In this document: positions 38,055 through 46,052 of the stretch, piece after piece
How the letters are laid out: every line of letters starts with the position of its first letter
Numbering within the stretch: the stretch's first letter is position 1
From: Dehalococcoidia bacterium
GTDB taxonomy: Bacteria > Chloroflexota > Dehalococcoidia > UBA2979
Length of the DNA: 64,000 bases
NCBI GenBank assembly: GCA_009692705.1
Contig: SHYR01000003.1
Span: 5,170-69,169 of the forward strand
Reading direction: 5' to 3'
The notes under the pieces: generated by a model
Told to the model about the DNA's origin: nothing
Database searches by the model: none
What the model saw: the letters and a program-made list of their open reading frames with translations, nothing else
Position numbers and translations under genes: made by a program

Positions 38055-38879
38055 TTACTTCTCGATCGGGACATCGACCAGCGAACCGTACTCGGTCCAC
38101 GAGCCATCGTAGTTCCGGACATCCTTGAACCCCAGCAGGTGCCGCAGCACAAACCAGGTGTGCGAGGAGCGTTCGCCGATGCGGCAGTAGGCGATCACGG
38201 GCTCGCCGTCCTTGAGGCCCGCGGCGCCGTACAGCGCCCTCAGCTCCGCGGGCGACTTGAACGTGCCGTCCTCGTTCACGGCGCGCGCCCACGGCACACT
38301 CAGCGCGCGCGGGATGTGCCCGCCGCGCTGCGCCGTCTCGCTCATGCCAGGCGGGGCGATCACCTCGCCGCTGAACTCGGCCGGGCTCCGCACGTCGACC
38401 AGCTGCACGCCGCCTTGCGCAACCACCTTCAGCACATCGTCGCGGCGCGCGCGCACCGCCCGGTCGGCATCCTTGGCCCGGTAGCTGGTGCGCCGCGGGT
38501 GGGATTCCTCCTTCGTCACCGGACGACCGTCGGCAAGCCACTTCGCCCGTCCGCCGTCCATCAGCGAGGCCTGCGCGTGTCCGTACAACTCGAGCACCCA
38601 CAGCGCGTAGGCGGCGAACCAGTTGCTGTTGTCGCCGTAGAGCACGACGTGGGTATCGCTGGCGACCCCGGAGGCGCTTGCCAGCTCCTCCAGCGCCTGC
38701 TTCGTCATGACATCGCGCCGCACCGGATCCTGCAGCTGGGTACTCCAGTTCCAACCGGCCGCGCCCCGGATGTGCCCCTCGGCGTAGGCCGCGGTGTCCA
38801 CGTCCACCTCCACGAGGCGCACGTTGGCGTCGTTGCCGTGCTCGGCCACCCACTGGCAGGTCACAAGCTTCTCCACCAT
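38055..38879 (-). CDS. Two-domain rhodanese sulfurtransferase (thiosulfate/3-mercaptopyruvate type)
   Basis: Start at MVEKLVTCQWV with GGGAGGG upstream. HIRGAAGWNW in domain 1 and the active-site loop YCRIGERSSHTWF in domain 2. Confidence 0.85.
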   Translation of the reverse strand: MVEKLVTCQWVAEHGNDANVRLVEVDVDTAAYAEGHIRGAAGWNWSTQLQDPVRRDVMTKQALEELASASGVASDTHVVLYGDNSNWFAAYALWVLELYGHAQASLMDGGRAKWLADGRPVTKEESHPRRTSYRAKDADRAVRARRDDVLKVVAQGGVQLVDVRSPAEFSGEVIAPPGMSETAQRGGHIPRALSVPWARAVNEDGTFKSPAELRALYGAAGLKDGEPVIAYCRIGERSSHTWFVLRHLLGFKDVRNYDGSWTEYGSLVDVPIEK

Positions 38880-39249
38880 CACCCTCCCCTGGGGCCCCTG
38901 CCCGGCGCTCAGCGCGCGCCGCACCGCCTGGCAAGCGCCTGCGGACGTTCGGCGCCCCGTCGATGATCGGATGTGCGGCTGCGACACGCCGCCGCCTGAA
39001 GGTACCACCGGAAAGTTTCACTTGCTCGCGTGCTATGCGACACCTGCGGCCAGCCAATCATCGGCGACGGCTTCGAGCTGCCATTGCTGCCCGGCACGCT
39101 GGTGGCGGATCGGGGCTCCTCCTTCCGCCGCCCCATCTCGGTCACCGCGAGCGTGATCTCCGTCGTCCTCTGCGTGGCCTGTGGCGGGCGCCTGATCGCC
39201 ATCCTGCATCACAAGCTACAAGCCCTGCCCCGCCTGCGAGGTGGCCCCG

Positions 39250-39284
39250 GCAGGGAGCCGCCGCGCAGCGCGGCGGCTCCCTGC
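39250..39284. terminator. Perfect 16-bp-stem GC hairpin between the convergent cysM and a small plus-strand ORF (possible bidirectional terminator)
   Basis: gcagggagccgccgcg-cag-cgcggcggctccctgc. There is no U-tract, as is common in GC-rich genomes. Confidence 0.4.
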
Positions 39285-39350
39285 GCCATCAGCGCAAGGG
39301 CGAGCAGGCCGCCTGACACGCGCGCCTGCGCGCCGGCCCGCCGCGCGCGG

Positions 39351-40286
39351 CTACCACCAGAGCTTCGCGCTCACGGCCTCTGCGATCTCGTCGTAGTCGC
39401 GGGTCCACAGCCCAGTCGACAGGTACTTCCAGCCACCGTCCGCCAGCAGGCACACGATTTGCCCCTGCTCCATGCGCTCCGCGACCTTCTGTGCCGCTCG
39501 CACCACGGCCCCGCTCGAGATGCCAGCGAAGATGCCGGTGCGGCGCGCCAGCTCCTTGGTGGCGCGGAACGAGCTGGCGGAGTCCACGACGATGCGCCCG
39601 TCCAGCACCGACTCATCGAACACCGGCGGGATGTAGCCCTCTTCCAGGCTGCGCAGTCCCTGCACGAGGTCACCGGGGTGCGGTGCGGCGGCCACGATGC
39701 GCACGCCGGGGCGGTACTGCTTCAGCCGCCGCCCGACGCCGGTGAGCGTGCCGCCGGTGCCCAGGCCCGCCACGAAGACGTCGATCTCAGGCACGTCCGC
39801 GATGATCTCGGGCGCGGTGGTCTCGTAGTGCGCGCGCGGATTCTGCTCGTTCTCATACTGAAACGGCATGAACCAGTCAGGGTGCTCCGCGTGAAGGCGC
39901 TGCGCCATCGCCACCGCGCCGTTGGTGCCCAGCTCGCCGGGCGAGTAGATGATCTCCGCACCGAAGGCGCGCAGCAGCTCCGAGCGCTCGGCGCTCACGG
40001 CGTCTGGCATCACCACCGTCACCGGGTAGCCGCGCAGCTGACCGATCAGCGCCAGCGAGATGCCGGTGTTGCCGGAGGTCGGCTCCAGGATGCGCTGCCC
40101 GGGCCGCAGCCGGCCGCTACGCTCCCCCTCCGCGATCATGAACTTGGCAATGCGGTCCTTCACCGAGCCGGTGGGGTTCTGCCCCTCGAGCTTCGCGAAC
40201 AGCCGCACCGCGGGCTTCGGCGAGAGCACGGAGATCTCCACCACCGGCGTGTTGCCCACCAGGTCCAGCAGGCTCGCGTAGCGCAT
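39351..40286 (-). CDS. cysM: CysM-type cysteine synthase (candidate CysO-thiocarboxylate-dependent O-phosphoserine sulfhydrylase)
   Basis: NPTGSVKDRIA (PLP-Lys), EPTSGNTGISLA and GLGTGGTLTG. It lies immediately downstream of a GG-terminated sulfur carrier. Confidence 0.85.
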   Translation of the reverse strand: MRYASLLDLVGNTPVVEISVLSPKPAVRLFAKLEGQNPTGSVKDRIAKFMIAEGERSGRLRPGQRILEPTSGNTGISLALIGQLRGYPVTVVMPDAVSAERSELLRAFGAEIIYSPGELGTNGAVAMAQRLHAEHPDWFMPFQYENEQNPRAHYETTAPEIIADVPEIDVFVAGLGTGGTLTGVGRRLKQYRPGVRIVAAAPHPGDLVQGLRSLEEGYIPPVFDESVLDGRIVVDSASSFRATKELARRTGIFAGISSGAVVRAAQKVAERMEQGQIVCLLADGGWKYLSTGLWTRDYDEIAEAVSAKLWW

Positions 40287-40303
40287 CGCCCCGCCCGGCG
40301 GCG

Positions 40304-40579
40304 CTAGCCGCCGGCCAGCGCGGGGAGGATGGAGACGGCGTCGCCGTCCTTGAGCGCCGTGCCGCGGCCGCCCAGGTAGCGGATGTCCTCGTCGTTAAGG
40401 TAGATGTTCACGAAGCGGTGCAGCTCGCCGGCTTCGTCTTCCAGCTGGCGGCGAAACCCCGGATAGCGGCGATCGATGTTCGCGATCAGCTCGGCGATCG
40501 TGCGGCCCTCCGCCTCGAACGACTTCTGGCCGTTGACGGCCTTCTGGATCACCGACGTGACGTGTACCTGCACCGGCAA
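40304..40579 (-). CDS. cysO: MoaD/ThiS-family sulfur-carrier protein ending in Gly-Gly (CysO-like)
   Basis: 91 aa. ...RFVNIYLNDEDIRYLGGRGTALKDGDAVSILPALAGG-stop. Confidence 0.85.
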   Translation of the reverse strand: MPVQVHVTSVIQKAVNGQKSFEAEGRTIAELIANIDRRYPGFRRQLEDEAGELHRFVNIYLNDEDIRYLGGRGTALKDGDAVSILPALAGG

Positions 40580-40649
40580 CTGGGCACCTTTCCGTTGCTG
40601 CTCGCGGCGATGGCGCGATGCGCCCGCCGCACCGCCCGGCCACGACGGC

Positions 40650-41783
40650 TCAGTGGCGAGCGGCGATCGCGGCGGCCTCTTCCGCCAGCGGCGGCGTGCC
40701 GCAGAACTGGTCGTAGTCGATCAACTCGGTAACCGTCGGGTGCTCGCCGCACAGCGGGCAGCGCGGATCACGCCGCAGCTTCATCGTGCGGAACTCCATC
40801 GTCAGCGCGTCGACCAGCAGTAGCCGCCCGACCAGCGACTGGCCGATGCCGAGGATCTGCTTGAACACCTCGGTTGCCTGGATCGAGCCCACAATGCCGG
40901 TGATCGAGCCCAGCACGCCCGCTTCCGCGCACGACGGCACCAGTCCCGGCGGTGGCGGCGATGGGTAGAGGCAGCGGTAGCAGCCGCCGCCCGGCTTAAA
41001 GACCGTGGCCTGGCCGTCGAACAGCAGGATCGACCCGTCCACCAGCGTTTTGCCCAGCAGGTAGCAGGCGTCGTTCACCAGGTAGCGGGTGGCGAAGTTG
41101 TCGGCGCCGTTCACCACGATGTCGTAATCGCGGATAATCTCCATCGCGTTATCGGAGGTCAGCGGGGCGCCGTGCGGACGCACCGTGACATGCGGGTTGT
41201 AGGCCGCCAGCTTCTCCTGCGCCGAGAGCAGCTTCGACTTGCCGATGTCCGGCGTCTGGTGCAGCAGTTGCCGCTGCAGGTTCGAGAGCTCGACGATGTC
41301 GAACTCCGCGATCCCCACCGTGCCGACGCCCGCCAGCGCCAGGTAGATCGCCACCGGCGAGCCGAGCCCGCCCGCGCCCACCACCAGCACCTTCGCGTTG
41401 CGCAGCTTGCGCTGCCCGCTCGGGCCCACCGGCCCCATGATGATGTGCCGCGAGTAGCGCATCACCTCGTCCGGCGTCATCGCCACCGAGGCGGCGCCGC
41501 CGTCCGCTGCGCCGCCCGCCAGCGCCGGGATGACCGCGATCTGGTCCCCGTCTGCCAGCGCCGTCTCGACCCCCTCCAGCTCGTGGATCTCGCGGTTGTT
41601 GACGTAGATGCTGATGTGCTGCGGCACCCGCCGCGCACCGTCGTAGACCAGCATCTCGAAGCCGGGGTAGCGCGCGGTCAGCGCCTCCAGCACCTCGGCC
41701 ACGCTGCCACCCTCCACGCTCACGTAGTCGTGATCGTGGGTCAGCCGCCGCCACGGCGAGGGGATGTACACGCTCACGGTCAT
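40650..41783 (-). CDS. Fusion of an N-terminal MoaD/ThiS-like beta-grasp domain (internal ...IPALAGG) to a ThiF/MoeB/MoeZ-type E1 adenylyltransferase
   Basis: Residues 1-91 parallel CysO (ISIYVNNREIHELEGVETALADGDQIAVIPALAGG). The linker is AADGGAASVA. The E1 core has RYSRHI, VLVVGAGGLGSP, CYRCLYP...SCAEAGVLG...CPLCG. There is no C-terminal rhodanese domain. Confidence 0.85.
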   Translation of the reverse strand: MTVSVYIPSPWRRLTHDHDYVSVEGGSVAEVLEALTARYPGFEMLVYDGARRVPQHISIYVNNREIHELEGVETALADGDQIAVIPALAGGAADGGAASVAMTPDEVMRYSRHIIMGPVGPSGQRKLRNAKVLVVGAGGLGSPVAIYLALAGVGTVGIAEFDIVELSNLQRQLLHQTPDIGKSKLLSAQEKLAAYNPHVTVRPHGAPLTSDNAMEIIRDYDIVVNGADNFATRYLVNDACYLLGKTLVDGSILLFDGQATVFKPGGGCYRCLYPSPPPPGLVPSCAEAGVLGSITGIVGSIQATEVFKQILGIGQSLVGRLLLVDALTMEFRTMKLRRDPRCPLCGEHPTVTELIDYDQFCGTPPLAEEAAAIAARH

Positions 41784-41841
41784 CGGCGCCGTTCTCTTTC
41801 CGTTGCTCGTCCCACCGCTCCGGCCGCGCCCGCTGCCAGCG

Positions 41842-42789
41842 TCACAGCGGCACGCTCAAGTAGCGCTCGCCGGTGTCGCAGAGCATCGTCACCACGCGCT
41901 TGCCCGCCCCGAGCTGGCGCGCGACCTGGAGCGAGGCCCAGACGTTGGCTCCCGAGGAGATGCCGACCAGCAGCCCCTCCTCGCGCGCCAGCCGCTTCGT
42001 CATCGCGAACGCGTCCTCGTCCCGCACCGCCATCACCTCGTCGTAGATCGCGGTGTTGAGCACGCTTGGCACGAACGACGCGCCGATGCCCTGGATGCCG
42101 TGCACGCCGGCGCGGCCGCCCTGCAGCACCGGCGCCCGCGCCGGTTCCACCGCCACCACGCGCGCGTGCACCCCGGCGTCGCGCAGCACCTCGCCGACGC
42201 CGGTGATCGTGCCGCCGGTGCCGACGCCGGCCACGAAGGCGTCCAGCTGCCCGCCGGTGGCCTCCAGGATCTCGGGGCCGGTGGTGCGTCGGTGGATCTC
42301 CGGGTTCGCCTGGTTGTCGAACTGCTGCGGCATGAAGTAGCCATGGCGCTCCTGCAGCTCCCGCGCCGCGTACACCGCGCCGGTCATGCCCTCGATCGCC
42401 GGCGTGAGCACCAGCTCGGCGCCCAGCCGCTCCAGCAGCCGCCGTCGCTCCACGCTCATGTCCTCCGGCATCGTCAGCACCAGCCGGTAGCCCTTGCGCG
42501 CGCATACCACCGCCAGCCCGACCCCGGTGTTGCCGGACGTGGGCTCCACCAGCGTGTCGCCGTGGTGGATGCGGCCTTCACGCTCCGCCGCCTCCACCAT
42601 GCTCAGCGCGATGCGATCCTTCACCGAGCCGCCGGGGTTGCGCGCCTCCACCTTGCCCAGGATCTCCGCCACGCCCTCCGGCGCGATGCGCGCCAGCCGC
42701 ACGAGCGGGGTCGCGCCGATCAGCTCCAGCACGGAGCCGGCGATCAGGGGTTGGCCGCGCAGGGTGGCAGGCATCGGCGCCTCCGCCAT
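41842..42789 (-). CDS. cysK: O-acetylserine sulfhydrylase (cysteine synthase A)
   Basis: NPGGSVKDRIALSM, EPTSGNTGVGLA, GVGTGGTITG, GIQGIGA and SSGAN. Confidence 0.9.
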   Translation of the reverse strand: MAEAPMPATLRGQPLIAGSVLELIGATPLVRLARIAPEGVAEILGKVEARNPGGSVKDRIALSMVEAAEREGRIHHGDTLVEPTSGNTGVGLAVVCARKGYRLVLTMPEDMSVERRRLLERLGAELVLTPAIEGMTGAVYAARELQERHGYFMPQQFDNQANPEIHRRTTGPEILEATGGQLDAFVAGVGTGGTITGVGEVLRDAGVHARVVAVEPARAPVLQGGRAGVHGIQGIGASFVPSVLNTAIYDEVMAVRDEDAFAMTKRLAREEGLLVGISSGANVWASLQVARQLGAGKRVVTMLCDTGERYLSVPL

Positions 42790-42796
42790 CGTGATC

Positions 42797-43258
42797 TCAG
42801 ATCTTGTAGTGGGGCGCGGCGGCCATCACCCGCTCGGCCCGCTCGCGCTCGCGCTCGCGCTCCGTGAGGTCGGCCAGCGAGATCGCGGCCAAGCGCCGGC
42901 GCATCTCGTCGAAGATCTCGCGCCACACCCACTGCTGCCCGCAGAGCGGGTCGTGCGCGTCGTCCGCTGGGTCGTCGGAGAGGCAGCCCAGCGGCGCCAG
43001 CGAGCCCTCGAGGCTCTCCAGCACGTGCAGCAGGCAGATCTCGGCGGGTGGCCTCGCCAGCTCGTGCCCGCCGCCCGGGCCCCGCGTGCTGCGGATGAAC
43101 CCGTCTCGCCGCAGCTGTGCCAGCAGGTGGTCCAGGTACGACTCCGGAATCTGCCGCCGGTGCGCGATGTCGGCCCGCTGCACCGGGCCTTCGCCCTCGT
43201 GCAGGGCGAGCTCGATCAGCGCGCGCACACCATAGTCCCCCTTGGTGCTGATTTTCAC
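42797..43258 (-). CDS. Rrf2-family transcriptional regulator (CymR/IscR-like)
   Basis: MKISTKGDYGVRALIELAL..., IPESYLDHLLAQLRRDGFIRSTRGPGGG. It is the first gene of the cysK operon. A TACAAT -10-like hexamer lies at 43309-43314 (minus strand). Confidence 0.85.
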   Translation of the reverse strand: MKISTKGDYGVRALIELALHEGEGPVQRADIAHRRQIPESYLDHLLAQLRRDGFIRSTRGPGGGHELARPPAEICLLHVLESLEGSLAPLGCLSDDPADDAHDPLCGQQWVWREIFDEMRRRLAAISLADLTERERERERAERVMAAAPHYKI

Positions 43259-43431
43259 GTCCGCGTCTCAAGCCTGTCCGGCGCTGTACCAGAGATTGTC
43301 GAGCGATTTAGTCAGCATTGTAGCACGAGCGGCGGAAGGCCCCACGCGCTCACCCGGCCGCCGCCCGCCGAGGCGTAACATGGCGAGCCATCAACCGGGC
43401 CCGGAATGCCCTACGCGAACGAGGATCGAGG

Positions 43432-43629
43432 ATGGCAAGGCACCGGATCGAGATCGAGCTTCCGGCGACGATCTTGCACAAGGACGCGCGGTTCACGGTC
43501 TACTCCGATGGCGCGAAGCTGGGTGAACTCCACGTCAGCCAGGGCACGATCGACTGGAAACCGGTAAGCCGCCAGCGGCCGATCAGGCACACCTGGGAGC
43601 GGTTCGCTAGGCTGATGGAATCCCGGTAG
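43432..43629 (+). CDS. Small hypothetical protein (65 aa) in a lower-GC patch
   Basis: MARHRIEIELPATILHKDARFTVYSDGAKLGELHVSQGTIDWKPVSRQRPIRHTWERFARLMESR. GAGGA precedes the ATG. No family recognised. Confidence 0.45.
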   Translation: MARHRIEIELPATILHKDARFTVYSDGAKLGELHVSQGTIDWKPVSRQRPIRHTWERFARLMESR

Positions 43630-43680
43630 CGCCGGATGGTCCGGCCTAAACGCGTGCGTGGCCCGGCGCGCCGCGCACCG

Positions 43681-43956
43681 CTACCCGCCCGCGACCGCCG
43701 GCACGATCGATACCTCGTCACCTTCGCCGAGCGCGGTCGCCAGCCCCTGCAGGAAGCGCACGTCCTCGCCGTTGACGTAGACGTTGACGAAGCGGCGCAG
43801 CTCCCCGGACGCCTCGCACAGCCGCTCGCGCATCCCCGGGTAGCTGCGCTCCAGCTCGCTCACGAGCTCAGCGATCGAGCCGCTCCCCGCCGCGACCGTC
43901 TCGAGGCCGCTGGTGAGTGTGCGCAGGGGGGTCGGGATCTTGACGGTGACGGCCAT
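43681..43956 (-). CDS. Second free-standing MoaD/ThiS-family sulfur carrier ending in Gly-Gly (MetO/HcyS-like by context)
   Basis: 91 aa. ...RFVNVYVNGEDVRFLQGLATALGEGDEVSIVPAVAGG-stop. It is a paralogue of the carrier at 40304-40579. Confidence 0.8.
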   Translation of the reverse strand: MAVTVKIPTPLRTLTSGLETVAAGSGSIAELVSELERSYPGMRERLCEASGELRRFVNVYVNGEDVRFLQGLATALGEGDEVSIVPAVAGG

Positions 43957-44040
43957 CGCTTGCCCCTGAATACCTGTCTGCTCCGGCTGCTGCGGCTGGC
44001 CTGCTGCGGGCTGCCGGGCCCGCCCCGCGGGCGCGCCATG

Positions 44041-44286
44041 CTATCGGTCGACGATGTCACCGAGCGTGGGGTCGTCGACGCGCACGCCGAGCTCGCGCGC
44101 CCACGCGAGGGCGCGCTCGATCTCGTCGCGCTCGCCCTCCAGCTCCAGCACCACCCAGCCCACGTGCTCGTCCACGTCCGCCATGCGGATGTTAGTCACG
44201 ATCTGGAACTTGTGCCCGAGCTGGTAGATCACCGGCTCCAGGATCAGCCCCGGCTCGAACGTCATGCGCACGCGCTTGCTCACCAT
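44041..44286 (-). CDS. NIL-domain protein (stand-alone)
   Basis: 81 aa. VRMTFEPGLILEPVIYQLGHKFQIVTNIRMADVDEHVGWVVLELEGERDEIERALAWARELGVRV. The fold and motif match the C-terminal domain of MetN. Confidence 0.75.
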   Translation of the reverse strand: MVSKRVRMTFEPGLILEPVIYQLGHKFQIVTNIRMADVDEHVGWVVLELEGERDEIERALAWARELGVRVDDPTLGDIVDR

Positions 44287-44288
44287 CG

Positions 44289-45536
44289 CTACGCTCCCGT
44301 CGTCACGGCCAGGCGCGCGGCCAGCGTGGCCTCGAAGGCGCGCGCGTTCGCCGGCACCCGCAGCGGCGCCTCCAGCCGGTCCACCACCGCCTCCACGGTC
44401 TTCAAGCCGGCGCCGGTAATGAAGGCCACGGTCTCCTCGTCGCGCCGGATGTGGCCGCTCTTCACCATGCGCTTCAGGCAGGCGATCGTCACCCCGCCGG
44501 CGGTCTCCGCGAAGATGCCCTCGGTCTCCGCCAGCAGCTTCACGCCCTCGATGATCTCATCATCGCTCGCCATCTCCGCGCCGCCGTTGGTCTCCTGCAT
44601 CGTCTTCAGCGCATAGTAGCCGTCCGCCGGGTTCCCGATCGCGAGCGAGCGCGCGATCGTGTTCGGCTTCTGCGGCACGAAGTTGAACGTGCCGGCCGCG
44701 TAGGCGGTGGTGATCGGCGAGCAGCCGCTCGCCTGCGCGCCCGACATGCGCGTGTGCGGCTCTTCGATCAGACCGATGCGCGCGAACTCCTTGAAGCCCT
44801 TCCATATCTTGGTGTAGAGCGAGCCCGACGCCATCGGCACCACCACGTGATCCGGCGCGCGCCAGCCGAGCTGTTCGGCGACCTCGAAGGCCAGCGTGCG
44901 CGATCCCTCGGCGTAGTAGGGACGGACGTTGATGTTCACGAACGCCCACTGGCGCGAGCCGGAGAGCTCCGTGCAGAGGCGATTCACGTCGTCGTAGGAG
45001 CCCTCCACCATCACCAGCGTGGGGCGGTAGATCGCGCTGCCCACGACCTTGCCCTGCTCGAGGTCCTGCGGGATGAAGACGTAGGCCTGCATGCCGGCGT
45101 GCGCGGCGTGCGCGGCGACGGCGTTCGCGAGGTTGCCGGTGCTCGCGCAGGCCAGCGCCTCGAAGCCGAACTGGCGAGCGCGCGCGATCGCCACCGCCAC
45201 CACGCGATCCTTGAACGACCACGTGGGGTTCACGGTGTCGTTCTTCAGCCACAGCCGCTCCAGCCCCAGCCGCGCGCCGAGGCGCTCGGCGCGGATCAGG
45301 GGCGTGAACCCGGTCCCGAGATCGACCTTGTACGCAGGATCGCAGGGCAGCAGCTCGGCGTAGCGCCACAGCGTCTTCGGACCGGCGGCGATGTGCTCAC
45401 GCGAGGTCGCGCGCGCGATCGCGTCGTAGTCGTAATCGACCTCCAGCGGGCCGAAGCAGAACTCGCACGAGAAGATCGGCGTCAGCGAGTACTCGCGGCC
45501 GCATTCGCGGCAGCGCAGGGCCCTCTCGTAGGACAT
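44289..45536 (-). CDS. Threonine-synthase-family PLP enzyme with N-terminal zinc ribbon (second ThrC paralogue; candidate sulfur-carrier-dependent homocysteine synthase)
   Basis: Start at MSYERALRCRECGREYSLTPIFSCEFCFGPLEV. PLP-Lys NPTWSFKDRV and ASTGNLANAVAAHAA. It is translationally close-packed with the NIL and ThiS-like genes. Confidence 0.85.
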   Translation of the reverse strand: MSYERALRCRECGREYSLTPIFSCEFCFGPLEVDYDYDAIARATSREHIAAGPKTLWRYAELLPCDPAYKVDLGTGFTPLIRAERLGARLGLERLWLKNDTVNPTWSFKDRVVAVAIARARQFGFEALACASTGNLANAVAAHAAHAGMQAYVFIPQDLEQGKVVGSAIYRPTLVMVEGSYDDVNRLCTELSGSRQWAFVNINVRPYYAEGSRTLAFEVAEQLGWRAPDHVVVPMASGSLYTKIWKGFKEFARIGLIEEPHTRMSGAQASGCSPITTAYAAGTFNFVPQKPNTIARSLAIGNPADGYYALKTMQETNGGAEMASDDEIIEGVKLLAETEGIFAETAGGVTIACLKRMVKSGHIRRDEETVAFITGAGLKTVEAVVDRLEAPLRVPANARAFEATLAARLAVTTGA

Positions 45537-45779
45537 CGGATCACACTCTCTCTGCGCGGGATGGGATGGCGCCGGGGATGCCCGCGCCCACGGCCGCACG
45601 CAGCGGCCGCGACCGGGCTAGCGCATCGCCATGCGGTCCAAGCGGTGGCGTCGTGCGATCACCGCTGTCGCCCTTCGTTCATCGCTGCCGGGCACCGCAA
45701 CCACGCCGCCGCCGGTGCGGAACCGCACCGCCCGCCCCGATGCATTCGAGGCTAGGAGCGCGCCCGCGCTGCTGTCAAC

Positions 45780-46052
45780 TCAACTGCGCGCGACCGCCGC
45801 CGCCAGCGCGCGCCGCAACGCAGCGAGGTCGAGCGGGGCGACCGCCAGCTCGCGGCCCTCCACCGCCACCACGGGCACGCGCTCGCCGAAGCGGCGCTCC
45901 AGCTCCGCATCGCCCTCCACGTTCACCTCGCGCAGCTCGAAGGCCAGCGCCGGGCGCAGCGCGCGCAGCGCCTCACCCGCCTGCTCGCAGAGGTGGCAGC
46001 CGGGACGCCAGTAGAGTGTGACGGTGGAGCCCGCGGGCCTGCGCTCAGCCAC
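45780..46052 (-). CDS. Glutaredoxin-like small thiol-disulfide protein (CxxC)
   Basis: VTLYWRPGCHLCEQAGEAL...RVPVVAVEGRE. The GTG start overlaps the lgt stop. Confidence 0.7.
   Translation of the reverse strand: MAERRPAGSTVTLYWRPGCHLCEQAGEALRALRPALAFELREVNVEGDAELERRFGERVPVVAVEGRELAVAPLDLAALRRALAAAVARS

Noticed and set aside
39317-40307. Remainder of the 425-aa plus-strand ORF starting at 39030.
   Set aside because: Only the first 70 or so codons show coding-like GC3. The rest is exactly antisense to cysM and passes through a strong hairpin.
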